This document shows, one piece after another, positions 9,723 to 23,655 of a stretch of DNA of 60,886 nucleotides; within the stretch, counting starts at the first letter, position 1; each line of letters opens with the position of its first letter. The stretch is from Candidatus Limnocylindria bacterium (GTDB taxonomy: Bacteria; Chloroflexota; Limnocylindria; QHBO01), in contig DATBIK010000026.1 in NCBI GenBank assembly GCA_036556985.1, forward strand, positions 1-60,886, given 5' to 3'. Made by a program: the position numbers and the translations under genes. The notes beneath the pieces were generated by a model, which did not search any database, was not told the origin of the DNA, and saw nothing but the letters and a program-made list of their open reading frames with translations.

Positions 9723-11666
9723 TCAGGCAGGCGATTCCGCGGTGGGTCGCCGCGCTGCCGTCCGACGCCGGACCTGCTGCGTGGCCGGTCCCGCCACGCG
9801 CCGCCAGGCGGCGTCTTCGGCCCGGAACATTGCGAGCGCCAGGCGGCGGACGGCCTGCCGCTGTCCGGCGGTGAACTCGATTCCCACCATGGCGGCACCG
9901 TCCGGAAGGTCGGAAACCCGACGGGTGACGCACTGCAGGCCCACGAGCACGCCGTCGATGTCCAGCTCCAGCATCGGCTCGGGATCGACCTGCGCCGGCG
10001 GCTTGGGGAGCACGACCTGCGCGCCGGTCAGCGAGAGGTCCAGGGCGATCGCGCGGGTGCCCGAGAGGGTTCCCGGGATGCGGGTGTCGAAGCGCACGCT
10101 CGCGCGGCGCTCGCCGGCGAAGCGACCCGCTCGGATGCGCGAGATCGCGGCGATCAGGAGGCCGAGGTTGATGGCGGCGAAGAGGCCCGCGCCGACCGCC
10201 GCACCCGGCTCCTCGTAGCGGAAGGAGGTGACGCCCAGCGCGGTCAGCACCAGCCACGCGATCGCCATCGTGGACGCCGCCGCCAGGATCAGGTGCAGGC
10301 GAGGGACGTGCGCCCCTCGGCCCGCCGCGCGGCCCTTGGGAGTGACCCGGAAGGGGACGCTGGTGTCGCGGCGGAGGACTGTGAGGGTGGCCGGCAGCAC
10401 TGCCGGCATCCGAAGCACCTCGAACAGCATGGAGAGGACCGGCGGATAGTGGCCCCGCGCCAGGAGGCGCAGCGCCACGAACTGCGCGCCAAGGGTGAGG
10501 ACGAACAGCGGGCCGAAGACCGACGCCGGCGCCGCGATCGGAGAAGCGGCGGTAAAGATCACGGCCACGGGAATGACCATGTAGGCCAGCATGCGCCACG
10601 AGTCGAACCAGGCGAACAGGGTCGTCATGAACGCCACTCGCTGTCCGAACGAAAGGCCCCGGCCGAACAGTGGGTTCTCCATTCGCAGCACCTGCATGGC
10701 GCCGGTCGCCCACCGGCGGCGCTGGGTCAGGTAGGCGTTCGCATCGGCAGGAGCGAGGCCGTTGGCGAGGATCTCGTTGTGGAAGACGCCCTTCCAGCCG
10801 CGCCGGTACATCCGGATCGTGGTGTGGATGTCCTCCGTCACCGATTCGGTCGCCACTCCGCCGACTGATCGCAGCGCTTCGACCCGAACCAGGGCCGAAG
10901 TCCCGCACCAGAAGGGTGCGGACCATCGGTTCTTCGCCGGCGCGATCACGCGGTAGAACACCGACTCCTCGTTGTAGACGTCTTCGCCTCGTCGCGCGTG
11001 CTCGAACGACTCGAGGTTGTAGAAGGACTGCGGGGTCTGGACCAGCGCCACGGCCGGGTCCTCGAAGTACCCGAGGGTGTTCGCGAGGAAGTCGCGGGTC
11101 GGCACATGATCGGCGTCGAGGACCGCGATCACGTCGGCCCGGACCACCTGGAGGGCGTGGTTCAGGTTGCCGGCCTTGGCGTGCCGTCGCTCCTCACGGG
11201 CAAGGTATCGGGCGCCGAGGTCTTGAGCCAGCTGCTGGACTTCCGGCCGGTTCCCGTCGTCGAGCACCCAGGTCTCGTGCGCCGGTTTCAACGCGACGGA
11301 GGCGGCCACGGTGGGCAACAGCACCTCGACCGGCTCGTTGTAGGTGGGGATGAGAACGGCGACCCGCAGCGTGCCGCGGGAGCGAACCGGCGTCGGAGTC
11401 GGTCGCTCTCCGGAGTGCCAGAGCGCGAACGTGTAGAGCACCAGGCCGAACGCGTTGTGAATCTCCACGGCGAACAGCGGCAGCGCGAGCCACCAGACGC
11501 CGAGATCGATGGTCGACGTCGCCCGCCAGGTGAGGTACACCGCGGTGATGCCGATGGCGAGCACGGCTACCGCGCGAATGAGCAGCCGCCGCGCCGCGGT
11601 CTCGTGAGGAAGACTGCCCACCGGGATGGCGGGCAGCGTGACGCCGGGAGGTGCGGTCCGGTGCAT
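9723..11666 (-). CDS. Processive family-2 glycosyltransferase with C-terminal PilZ domain (BcsA/cellulose-synthase-like)
   Basis: IPTYNEP, VLDADH, TEDIHT and QRRRWATG (QxxRW) motifs with flanking TM helices. C-terminal RRASVRF...DLSLTGAQV PilZ signature. Confidence 0.85.
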   Translation of the reverse strand: MHRTAPPGVTLPAIPVGSLPHETAARRLLIRAVAVLAIGITAVYLTWRATSTIDLGVWWLALPLFAVEIHNAFGLVLYTFALWHSGERPTPTPVRSRGTLRVAVLIPTYNEPVEVLLPTVAASVALKPAHETWVLDDGNRPEVQQLAQDLGARYLAREERRHAKAGNLNHALQVVRADVIAVLDADHVPTRDFLANTLGYFEDPAVALVQTPQSFYNLESFEHARRGEDVYNEESVFYRVIAPAKNRWSAPFWCGTSALVRVEALRSVGGVATESVTEDIHTTIRMYRRGWKGVFHNEILANGLAPADANAYLTQRRRWATGAMQVLRMENPLFGRGLSFGQRVAFMTTLFAWFDSWRMLAYMVIPVAVIFTAASPIAAPASVFGPLFVLTLGAQFVALRLLARGHYPPVLSMLFEVLRMPAVLPATLTVLRRDTSVPFRVTPKGRAAGRGAHVPRLHLILAAASTMAIAWLVLTALGVTSFRYEEPGAAVGAGLFAAINLGLLIAAISRIRAGRFAGERRASVRFDTRIPGTLSGTRAIALDLSLTGAQVVLPKPPAQVDPEPMLELDIDGVLVGLQCVTRRVSDLPDGAAMVGIEFTAGQRQAVRRLALAMFRAEDAAWRRVAGPATQQVRRRTAARRPTAESPA

Positions 11667-11818
11667 GTCGCAACGCTAGGGAGGGGCGGTGCGGGCGTGC
11701 ACCCCGCCGATCGGGCCATGCCCGGCGGTACCAACGGGGCACCTCAGCGAGCGGGAAAGTCGCGAAACGTCGGGCGAGCCCGGCCCACACCTCCGTCGTC
11801 TGCCTCCGTGGTGACGGG

Positions 11819-12394
11819 ATGCAACGGGCGGAAGCCACGTGCCGTCATCGGACCCGGTACAGTCCGGCCAACGTGCGAGCCTTCATCGGTCTGGGCGGCA
11901 ACGTCGGCGACAGCCGGAGTGCGTTCGTGGGCGCCGTGCGGGAGCTGGAGACCATCGGCCAGGTCGCCCGTGTCTCGAGCCTGTACGAGAGCGAGCCCCG
12001 CGACTTCGCGGACCAGCCGGTGTTCACGAACGCGGCGGTGGAGATCGCCACCGAGCTGACACCGGCCGAGCTGCTCTTCCACGTGAAGCGCATCGAGGTC
12101 GTCCTGGGCCGCGATCCGCAGGGCGTCCGCTACGGCCCGCGCGTGGTGGACCTCGACATCCTCTCGTTCGACGGGCTGTGCGTGGCCGATACCGACCTCG
12201 ACCTGATCGTGCCCCATCCCCGCCTCCAGGAGCGCCGCTTCGCGCTGGAGCCGATGGCCGAGCTCGAGCCCACCTTGCGCCCCTGGCGCAACTGCGCCGA
12301 CCTGCGGACCGATGTCACCGTGGCGGATCTCCTGCCCAGCGTCGCCGACCAGGAGGTGCGGCGCATCGCCGGCCCGGAGTGGGCGGACCGCTAG
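11819..12394 (+). CDS. folK: 2-amino-4-hydroxy-6-hydroxymethyldihydropteridine pyrophosphokinase
   Basis: AFIGLGGNVGD...SSLYESEP...GPRVVDLDIL...VPHPRLQERRFALEP. The start is either ATG 11819 or GTG 11873. Confidence 0.85.
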   Translation: MQRAEATCRHRTRYSPANVRAFIGLGGNVGDSRSAFVGAVRELETIGQVARVSSLYESEPRDFADQPVFTNAAVEIATELTPAELLFHVKRIEVVLGRDPQGVRYGPRVVDLDILSFDGLCVADTDLDLIVPHPRLQERRFALEPMAELEPTLRPWRNCADLRTDVTVADLLPSVADQEVRRIAGPEWADR

Positions 12395-12652
12395 CGACCG
12401 CTGGACGCGGTGCCTGGCGTCCCGACTTCCGGAATGTCATCTGCCATGAGCGTTAAGTAGCTCGGACGATCATGCGGTGGCCCCTGCGGCCTCCCGTTCG
12501 AGCGTGAAACGCTGGCGATTTGCGTGAGTTGCCGCATCCCGAGGCACTTAGCGCTCACTCCACGCGCATCTCGCAAGTCGGGGAGGTGCAATCCGCAACA
12601 GGTCGGCCCCGGGCGCCATTCCGTGCCTGGCGCAGGCCCGAGCGAGCGGAGG

Positions 12653-13630
12653 CTAGAGGCGGACGCGGGGCGGGAAGGCGCGGTCGAAGGTGTGGACGGT
12701 GTCGATGAAGCGGACGACACCTCGCTCGTAGCTCATCAGCAGGGAGTGGGTCCGCGCACCGCCGCCGAAGAAGCGGACGCCGCGGAGCAGCTCGCCGTCG
12801 GTTACGCCGGTGGCCGAGAAGACGACGTTGTCGCCGGAGGCGAGGTCATCGGTGAAGTAGACGCGGTCGCCGTCGTCGACGTCCACGCCCATCTCGCGGG
12901 CGCGCTCCTTCTCCTCGTCGGAGCGCCAGGAGAACTTGCCCTGGATCTCGCCGCCGAGGCACTTCAGGGCGGCGGCGGCGAGGACGCCCTCCGGCGCGCC
13001 GCCGATGCCCATCACGGCGTGCACGCCGGTTCCGGAGACGGCCACGCTGATGCCGGCGGTGAGGTCGCCGTCGCTGATGAGCTTGATTCGGGCGCCGGTG
13101 TCCCGCACGTCCGCGATGAGCTGCTCGTGGCGCGGCCGGTCCAGGATGACGACGGTGATGTCCCACGGGTCCCGGCCAAGGCGCTCGGCGATGGTGCGGA
13201 TCGTCTTCTCCACCGGGTCGTCGACCGACACGTGGCCCTTCACCTGCGGCCCCACGATGAGCTTGCGCATGTACGTGTCGGGGGCGTGCATGAGCCCGCC
13301 GGGCTCGGCCGCGGCGAGGACGGCGGTTGCGTTCGGCGACCCGGTGGCGACGAGGTTCGTCCCCTCCAGCGGGTCGACCGCGATGTCCACGCTGAGCGCG
13401 GCCTCGGGATTGCCGACCTGCTCCCCGATGTAGAGCATCGGGGCGTCGTCGCGCTCGCCCTCCCCGATGACGATCGTGCCGGCCATCTCGGCCTCTTCCA
13501 TGGCGCGGCGCATCGCCTCCACCGCGGCGTGGTCGGCGGCGTCGCGGTCGCCGCGGCCCATGAGGCGCGCGGCGGCGATCGCACCGGCCTCGGTGGCCGC
13601 CACGGCCTCGACGGAGAGCAGCTTCTCCAT
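12653..13630 (-). CDS. glpX: Class II fructose-1,6-bisphosphatase
   Basis: Full-length GlpX-like sequence ([21 protein letters not shown]...[16 protein letters not shown]...VDPLEGTN). Confidence 0.9.
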   Translation of the reverse strand: MEKLLSVEAVAATEAGAIAAARLMGRGDRDAADHAAVEAMRRAMEEAEMAGTIVIGEGERDDAPMLYIGEQVGNPEAALSVDIAVDPLEGTNLVATGSPNATAVLAAAEPGGLMHAPDTYMRKLIVGPQVKGHVSVDDPVEKTIRTIAERLGRDPWDITVVILDRPRHEQLIADVRDTGARIKLISDGDLTAGISVAVSGTGVHAVMGIGGAPEGVLAAAALKCLGGEIQGKFSWRSDEEKERAREMGVDVDDGDRVYFTDDLASGDNVVFSATGVTDGELLRGVRFFGGGARTHSLLMSYERGVVRFIDTVHTFDRAFPPRVRL

Positions 13631-13634
13631 CGGT

Positions 13635-15206
13635 CTAGTGCCGGAAGTGGCGGCGGCCGGTGAAGACCATGGCCATGTGGTGGCGGTCGGCGACCTCGAT
13701 CGCCATCTCGTCGCGGATGCTGCCGCCGGGCTGGATGATGGCGGTCACCCCGGCCTGGGCCGCGATCTGGATGCCATCGGGGAAGGGGAAGTAGGCGTCG
13801 CTGGCCATGACCGACAGCGGGGCGCGCTCGCCGGCCTTGCGCAGCGCGACCTCCACGCTGACGACGCGGGACGGCTGGCCGGCACCCATGCCCACCATGG
13901 CGTGCTTCTTGGCGAGGACCACCGCGTTCGACTTCACGTGGCGCACCGCCCGCCAGGCGAAGAGGAGGTCGGTCAGCTCCTCCAAAGTAGGCCGCCGCTG
14001 GGTGACGACCTGGAGCTTGTTGCGATCCTCCTCCAGGTTGTCCTGGGTCTGGACCAGCAGCCCGCCACCGATGCGCTTGAAGTCGTACGAGCCGATGCCG
14101 AGCTCCTCCTCCGCACGCTCGGCCGGCGGCACCTCGATGATCTCGAAGCCCTTCTTCGTGCGCAGGATCTCGAGCGCCTCGGGGGTGTAGCCGGGCGCCA
14201 CGATGGCCTCGAAGAAGCCGGGCCGGATGGCGCGGGCGGTCGCCTCATCCACCACCCGGTTGGCGCCGATGATGCCTCCGTACGCCGACACGCTGTCGCC
14301 CTCGAGCGCCAGCCGGAACGCCTCGGCCAGGTCGACGACGCTGGCCAGCCCGCACGGGTTGCCGTGCTTCACGATCGTGACGGTGGGCGTCTTGAAGTCG
14401 CTGGCGATGCTCCACGCCGCGTCGAGGTCGAGCAGGTTGTTGAAGGACAGGTCCTTGCCGGCGATCTGGTGCGCGCCGGAGATGGTCCCGTCGCCCTGGA
14501 CCGGATCGGCGTAGAAGGCGCCCATCTGGTGCGGGTTCTCGCCGTAGCGCAGGTCCGACTTCTTCTCCACCACCAGCGTCATGCGGCTGGGGAAGAGCGT
14601 TCCGGCCTGGCGGTTCAGGTAGCTGGCGATGTGCGCGTCGTACGCCGCGGTGAGCGCGAAGGCCTCGGCCGCCAGCTTCTGGCGGGTCTCGGGGCTGATC
14701 GCCTTCAGGGCCTTGAGGTCGCGCAGGACCGATGCGTACTGGGTCTTGTCGCTGACCGCCGCCACGCCCGGGAAGTTCTTCGCCGCCGCACGGAGGAGAG
14801 CCACGCCGCCGATGTCGATCTTCTCGAGCGCCTGGTCCAGGGTCGTGGCCGGGTCGCGGACGGTATCGGCGAAGGGGTAGAGGTTGACGACCACCACGTC
14901 GAGCTGCTCGATGCCATGCTCGGCCAGCTGCGCGAGGTGATCGGGCTGGTCGCGGCGGGCCAGGAGCCCCGCGAAGATGTTCGGGTGGAGCGTCTTCACC
15001 CGGCCGCCGAGGATCTCGGGCGAATCGGTCAGGTCGGTGACCGGGCGGACCTCGATGCCATTCTCCGCCAGGTGGGCGCGCGTGCCGTCGGTGGCGAAGC
15101 ACTCCGCACCGGCTTCGGTCAGGCCCCGGGTCAGCTCGACGATGCCTTCTCGGTCCGATACGGAGAGGAGTGCGCGCAAGGAGCGACCTCGTGCTGCTGC
15201 GGGCAA
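13635..15206 (-). CDS. purH: Bifunctional AICAR transformylase / IMP cyclohydrolase
   Basis: [11 protein letters not shown]...[16 protein letters not shown]...full-length PurH. TTG start at 15206, or TTG at 15179 which has a GAGG SD. A TATAAT -10 lies at 15228-15233 (minus strand). Confidence 0.9.
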   Translation of the reverse strand: MPAAARGRSLRALLSVSDREGIVELTRGLTEAGAECFATDGTRAHLAENGIEVRPVTDLTDSPEILGGRVKTLHPNIFAGLLARRDQPDHLAQLAEHGIEQLDVVVVNLYPFADTVRDPATTLDQALEKIDIGGVALLRAAAKNFPGVAAVSDKTQYASVLRDLKALKAISPETRQKLAAEAFALTAAYDAHIASYLNRQAGTLFPSRMTLVVEKKSDLRYGENPHQMGAFYADPVQGDGTISGAHQIAGKDLSFNNLLDLDAAWSIASDFKTPTVTIVKHGNPCGLASVVDLAEAFRLALEGDSVSAYGGIIGANRVVDEATARAIRPGFFEAIVAPGYTPEALEILRTKKGFEIIEVPPAERAEEELGIGSYDFKRIGGGLLVQTQDNLEEDRNKLQVVTQRRPTLEELTDLLFAWRAVRHVKSNAVVLAKKHAMVGMGAGQPSRVVSVEVALRKAGERAPLSVMASDAYFPFPDGIQIAAQAGVTAIIQPGGSIRDEMAIEVADRHHMAMVFTGRRHFRH

Positions 15207-15270
15207 ATGGCTGGGCCGGGGACCGAGATTATAGCCGTCCCCGCGTGGCCGGATGAAGCGCGACCTCTGC

Positions 15271-15276
15271 TAGACT
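15271..15276 (+). promoter_or_regulatory. -10 hexamer TAGACT, 9 nt upstream of ATG 15286 (near-leaderless)
   Basis: ctgcTAGACTccgcgccccATG. No SD fits in the 9-nt gap. Confidence 0.4.
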
Positions 15277-15285
15277 CCGCGCCCC

Positions 15286-15702
15286 ATGAGCCAGCTGTTC
15301 GACCCGTTCAACCCGACCAACTTCCAGGACCTGTTCACGCTCATGTGGGCGGGCGCCATCGTGATCGTGCTTGGCGCGATCTTCGTGTACTCGGCCGCCC
15401 AGCGCCGATACCGCCGCTACCCGGAGATCCTGGCGCTCCACGAGTGGGTGTTCTGGTCGATCGTGGTGACCTGGGGCGTCATCCCGCTCCTCGCCGTCAT
15501 CGGCGTGCCGCTCCTGCTCCTGCTGCTCATCGTGGTGCCGGGCATGGCGATCGCCGCGTACGCGGCCTTCGTGAAGTTCCCGCCGCGCATCGCGGCCATG
15601 AACGACGAGATCCGCCGCCGCCGATTCGTGCCGCCGCCGCGACGCGGCGAGAAGTCGCGGGCCCGCCCCACGCCATCCGGCGGACACCGCAAGCACCGCT
15701 AG
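15286..15702 (+). CDS. Membrane protein, unknown function (138 aa)
   Basis: Three hydrophobic helices (WAGAIVIVLGAIFVY, VFWSIVVTWGVIPLLAVIGVPLLLLLLIVV, GMAIAAYAAF) and a basic C-terminal tail. Confidence 0.6.
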   Translation: MSQLFDPFNPTNFQDLFTLMWAGAIVIVLGAIFVYSAAQRRYRRYPEILALHEWVFWSIVVTWGVIPLLAVIGVPLLLLLLIVVPGMAIAAYAAFVKFPPRIAAMNDEIRRRRFVPPPRRGEKSRARPTPSGGHRKHR

Positions 15703-15741
15703 CGCGCTCCTACTGTCAGCCGACCCGCGGTGCCGGGCGTA

Positions 15742-15917
15742 CCGATCTATCGGCGGAATACGGCCTGGGTGGCGGTGGCGGCGCGGCATGGCCGATCTAT
15801 CGGTACATGCGCAGCGTGAGGTGCTCCCGGAGGCGCCGTTCCGGCGTGCGCCGTGTCGATAGATCGGTAGAACGAAGCCCAATGAGACCTTCCGGTGCGG
15901 TTCGCTCGATAGATCGG
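15742..15917. repeat. Array of four CCGAT-NN-ATCGG palindromes (variant of the REP-like family)
   Basis: CCGATCTATCGG at 15742-15753 and 15792-15803; TCGATAGATCGG at 15856-15867 and 15906-15917. Spacing is 50/64/50 bp. The segment AGCGTGAGGTGC between sites 2 and 3 matches the inter-hairpin segment of the REP-like loci. Confidence 0.7.
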
Positions 15918-16011
15918 CAATGGATGGATGGCGCCAGACAGCAAGGCGCCGGAGCCCGAAGGCCCCGGCGCCCGTGATTGGTTGTCGGGATCGCTGCTGC
16001 GACCGGCCCCT

Positions 16012-16083
16012 CTAGAGGACGCCGAGCAGCCAGAGGATCAGAAGGATCAGCAGGATCGTCCCGATGATTCCCAGTCCGAACAT
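16012..16083 (-). CDS. Micro-ORF, 23-aa hydrophobic peptide MFGLGIIGTILLILLILWLLGVL
   Basis: Not in the ORF track because it is too short. ATG at 16083 has GGAGGAAT 5 nt upstream. Paralogous to the peptide at 56103-56177, and the ILLILWLLG motif recalls lmo0937-type small membrane proteins. Confidence 0.55.
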   Translation of the reverse strand: MFGLGIIGTILLILLILWLLGVL

Positions 16084-16148
16084 CCGGATTCCTCCCTGGT
16101 TCGTTCCGTCGTCGGCGGGATGGGTTTCCCGCGTCCACTCGCAGGCAA

Positions 16149-16165
16149 CGCACGACGCGTGCCAA
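16149..16165 (-). promoter_or_regulatory. Sigma-54-type -24/-12 promoter (P1)
   Basis: Minus strand reads TTGGCACGCGTCGTGCG, against consensus YTGGCACGrNNNTTGCW. GG and GC are at the exact consensus spacing. It lies 65 nt upstream of ATG 16083 and just after the surE stop. Confidence 0.55.
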
Positions 16166-16178
16166 CCCGGTCCGACGC

Positions 16179-16976
16179 TCAGGATTCGTCCTCCTCGACC
16201 TCCTCAGGCGGCATCTCGGCCGGCCCCTCGTCGAGCTCCTCGAGCGGGGCGGCGCGCTTCAGCGCGGCGAGGCCGTCGTGATCGGTGACGTCCACGCGCA
16301 GCGGGGTCATCGAGGTGTAGCCGTACCGGACCGCCCACAGGTCGGTATCGGCCTCCGTCTCCTGGATGGGAACGACGGTGAACCAGTAGTGCTGGCGACC
16401 CATCGGGTCCTCGGCCGGGACGATCTTGCCGTCGTACTTCTTGTTCGCCTGCCGCGTCCAGCGCATGCCACGCGGGTGGCGGGGGATGTTCACGTTCACG
16501 AGCTCGAGGCCATCCTTGGGCAGGAGGCAGTCGAGGACCTTCTCGACGTGCGGCTCGAGAGCGGCGAAATCGGGCTCGTCACCGGTCACCGGCGTGCTGA
16601 AGGCGATGCCGCGCACGCCGAACAGCACCGCCTGGCGCGCGGCAGCCACGGTTCCCGAGTGCCACGCCCCGTGGCCCAGGTTCGTGCCGAGGTTGATGCC
16701 GGACACCACGATGTCGACGCGATCCCACTGGAACATGCCGAGCGCCACGCAGTCGGCGGGCGTGCCGTTCACGCGGTACGCCTCCACCCCCAGCTCCTCC
16801 ATGACCGGCGTCCGCTTGTAGGAGAGCGGCCGGAAGGCGGTGATCGAGTGCCCCGCGGCGGACTGCTCGACGTCCGGCGCCACCACCCGGACATCGCCGA
16901 ACTTCGTGGCGGCCCGTGCCAGCGCGGCGATTCCCGGCGAGTAGATGCCGTCGTCGTTCGCGACCAGGATCCTCAT
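16179..16976 (-). CDS. surE: 5'/3'-nucleotidase SurE
   Basis: MRILVANDDGIYSPGI...GINLGTNLG...full-length SurE with an acidic C-terminal tail (EELDEGPAEMPPEEVEEDES). Confidence 0.9.
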   Translation of the reverse strand: MRILVANDDGIYSPGIAALARAATKFGDVRVVAPDVEQSAAGHSITAFRPLSYKRTPVMEELGVEAYRVNGTPADCVALGMFQWDRVDIVVSGINLGTNLGHGAWHSGTVAAARQAVLFGVRGIAFSTPVTGDEPDFAALEPHVEKVLDCLLPKDGLELVNVNIPRHPRGMRWTRQANKKYDGKIVPAEDPMGRQHYWFTVVPIQETEADTDLWAVRYGYTSMTPLRVDVTDHDGLAALKRAAPLEELDEGPAEMPPEEVEEDES

Positions 16977-17021
16977 GGACCGATGCCTCCTGGACCGATG
17001 CCTCCTGGGCCGATGCCTCCT
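16977..17021 (-). repeat. Three tandem copies of a 15-bp SD-containing unit abutting the surE ATG
   Basis: Minus strand reads AGGAGGCATCGGCCC AGGAGGCATCGGTCC AGGAGGCATCGGTCC, followed directly by ATG. Confidence 0.85.
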
Positions 17022-17301
17022 GCAAGTCCCCGGCCCGGTGGGCCACCTGTCCCGTCGGATGGTCCGCCTGGCACTGTCGGGTCCGATGCCCGTCCGGGGA
17101 CAGTGTCGGCGACCCGGAGAGGCCGGACGTCGCGGACCGGGCTCGGGATCCGAAGGGGAACCGGGCTGTGAAGGCGGCGAGGGTCTCTTCGGGCCACGCC
17201 TGTGCGAACGAGGCGAGGGCGGCCGTGGTCGACTGCGGGTTGGCCCGGCCGCCTCGCCGCGTCTGCCGTGGTGCCGGGTCGGCGGTGAAACCCACCCACT
17301 T

Positions 17302-17441
17302 TCACCAGCCGGTGGTGATAACGATCAAGATGTCGCCCCCGAAAGCCGAGAGCGCGCCATTTCTGCCCTGTGTTTCACCACTGCCTGGTCAAATCGGGAA
17401 GAAACGACCATTTCGTGATCGATGTCACCACCTGCTGGTGA
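17302..17441. promoter_or_regulatory. Three TCACCA-N5-TGGTGA inverted repeats (candidate operator array)
   Basis: TCACCAGCCGGTGGTGA at 17302-17318; TCACCACTGCCTGGTCA at 17375-17391; TCACCACCTGCTGGTGA at 17425-17441. The last two are each preceded by CCATTTC 17-18 nt upstream. The array lies in a 494-bp gap between the clpB stop and the surE start where I find no convincing ORF. Confidence 0.5.
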
Positions 17442-17470
17442 ATTCGACACTGTTACAGCGCAGGTTCCGC

Positions 17471-20133
<2,663 letters not shown>

Positions 20134-20134
<1 letters not shown>

Positions 20135-21144
20135 CAGTGCACCTTCCCATCGCTGCGGGGATCGGGCTGCGGGTGGCGGCCGAGCAGCTTGGCCAGCTCC
20201 TCTCGGCGCTCCTCGTCCAGCTCCGGCAGCACGACCCGGGTGCGGACGACGAGGTCGCCCTTCTCCGACGAGCCGCGCTTCGGCAGCCCGCGGCCCTTGA
20301 TGCGGATCTCCTGGCCGTTCTGGGTGTTCGGGCGGATGCGCAGCTTCACGCTCCCCGTGGGCGTGGGGACGCGCACCTCGGCGCCGAGGAGGGCCTCGGC
20401 CAGGGTCAGCGGCAGCTCGGTGACGAGGTCGGCGCCGCGCCGCTCGAAGCGGGGATCGGCCTTCACCTTCACGTTGATGACGAGGTCGCCGGCTCCCGCG
20501 GCCCCGCCCTTCAGGCCGCCGCCGCGCAGCCGGATGCGCGCCCCGTCGGCCACGCCGGCGGGGATCTTGACCTGGAGGCGCCGGCCGTCGACGTTCACCA
20601 TCCGCTCGGCGCCACGCGCCACCTCGGCCAGGGTCACCTCGGCCTGGGCCTCGGCAGTGGCCACCCGTGCGGGACGGGCCGCGCGGCGCTCGCCGGTGCC
20701 GGCGCCGGTCAGGTCGCCGAAGTCGAAGACCTGCTCGAAGCCGGGCTGGGCCGATGATGCGGCGAAGCCCTCGCCGCCGAAGAAGGTCCGGAAGAAGTCG
20801 CTGAAGCCGCCGAGGTCCTCCGGTGACACGCGGCGGTACTCCCAGCGCGTGCCGCCCGGCGCGCCGCCGAAGCCGGCCCAGTCGGTGGCGCCGCCACCGC
20901 CGTAGCCGGCGTGCTCGTACGCCTGCCAGTTGGCGCCGAGCTCGTCGTAGCGCTTCCGCTTCTCCGGGTCGGAGAGGACGGCGTGCGCCTCGTTCGCGTC
21001 CTTGAAGCGCTTCTCGGCGGCGGCGTCGCCGGGGTTGCGGTCCGGATGGAGCTCACGGGCGAGACGGCGATAGGCCTTCTTGATGTCGGCCTGGCTCGCC
21101 GTCTTCGGGATCCCGAGGATCTCGTAGTAGTCCTTGTACTCCAT
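20134..21144 (-). CDS. cbpA: J-domain co-chaperone without zinc finger (CbpA/type II DnaJ-like)
   Basis: [33 protein letters not shown] and a G/F-rich region. No CxxCxGxG repeats. The stop overlaps the clpB ATG (TGATG). Confidence 0.8.
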
Positions 21145-21156
21145 CGGCGCCGCCTG

Positions 21157-23646
<2,490 letters not shown>

Positions 23647-23655
23647 GCCTGTCCT

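Noticed and set aside
12395-12652. 258-bp convergent intergenic spacer of lower GC with GGCAGATGAC and CCGGAAG strings reminiscent of SRP (4.5S) RNA
   Set aside because: The order and context of the strings do not match the SRP domain IV motif (GGAAGCAGC is absent). No convincing long helix, promoter or terminator was found. Left unannotated; an Rfam scan would settle it.
16973-17305. 110-aa ORF (minus) whose TGA overlaps the surE ATG, suggesting translational coupling
   Set aside because: The sequence is Arg/Pro/Gly-rich with a GIGPGGIGPGGIGP tail generated by the 15-bp tandem repeat. The ATGA overlap follows automatically from surE starting ATG-AGG.
17371-17378. TGTTTCAC, identical to the left half of the parS consensus TGTTTCACGTGAAACA
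   Set aside because: The right half is absent. The string belongs to the TCACCA-N5-TGGTCA repeat.
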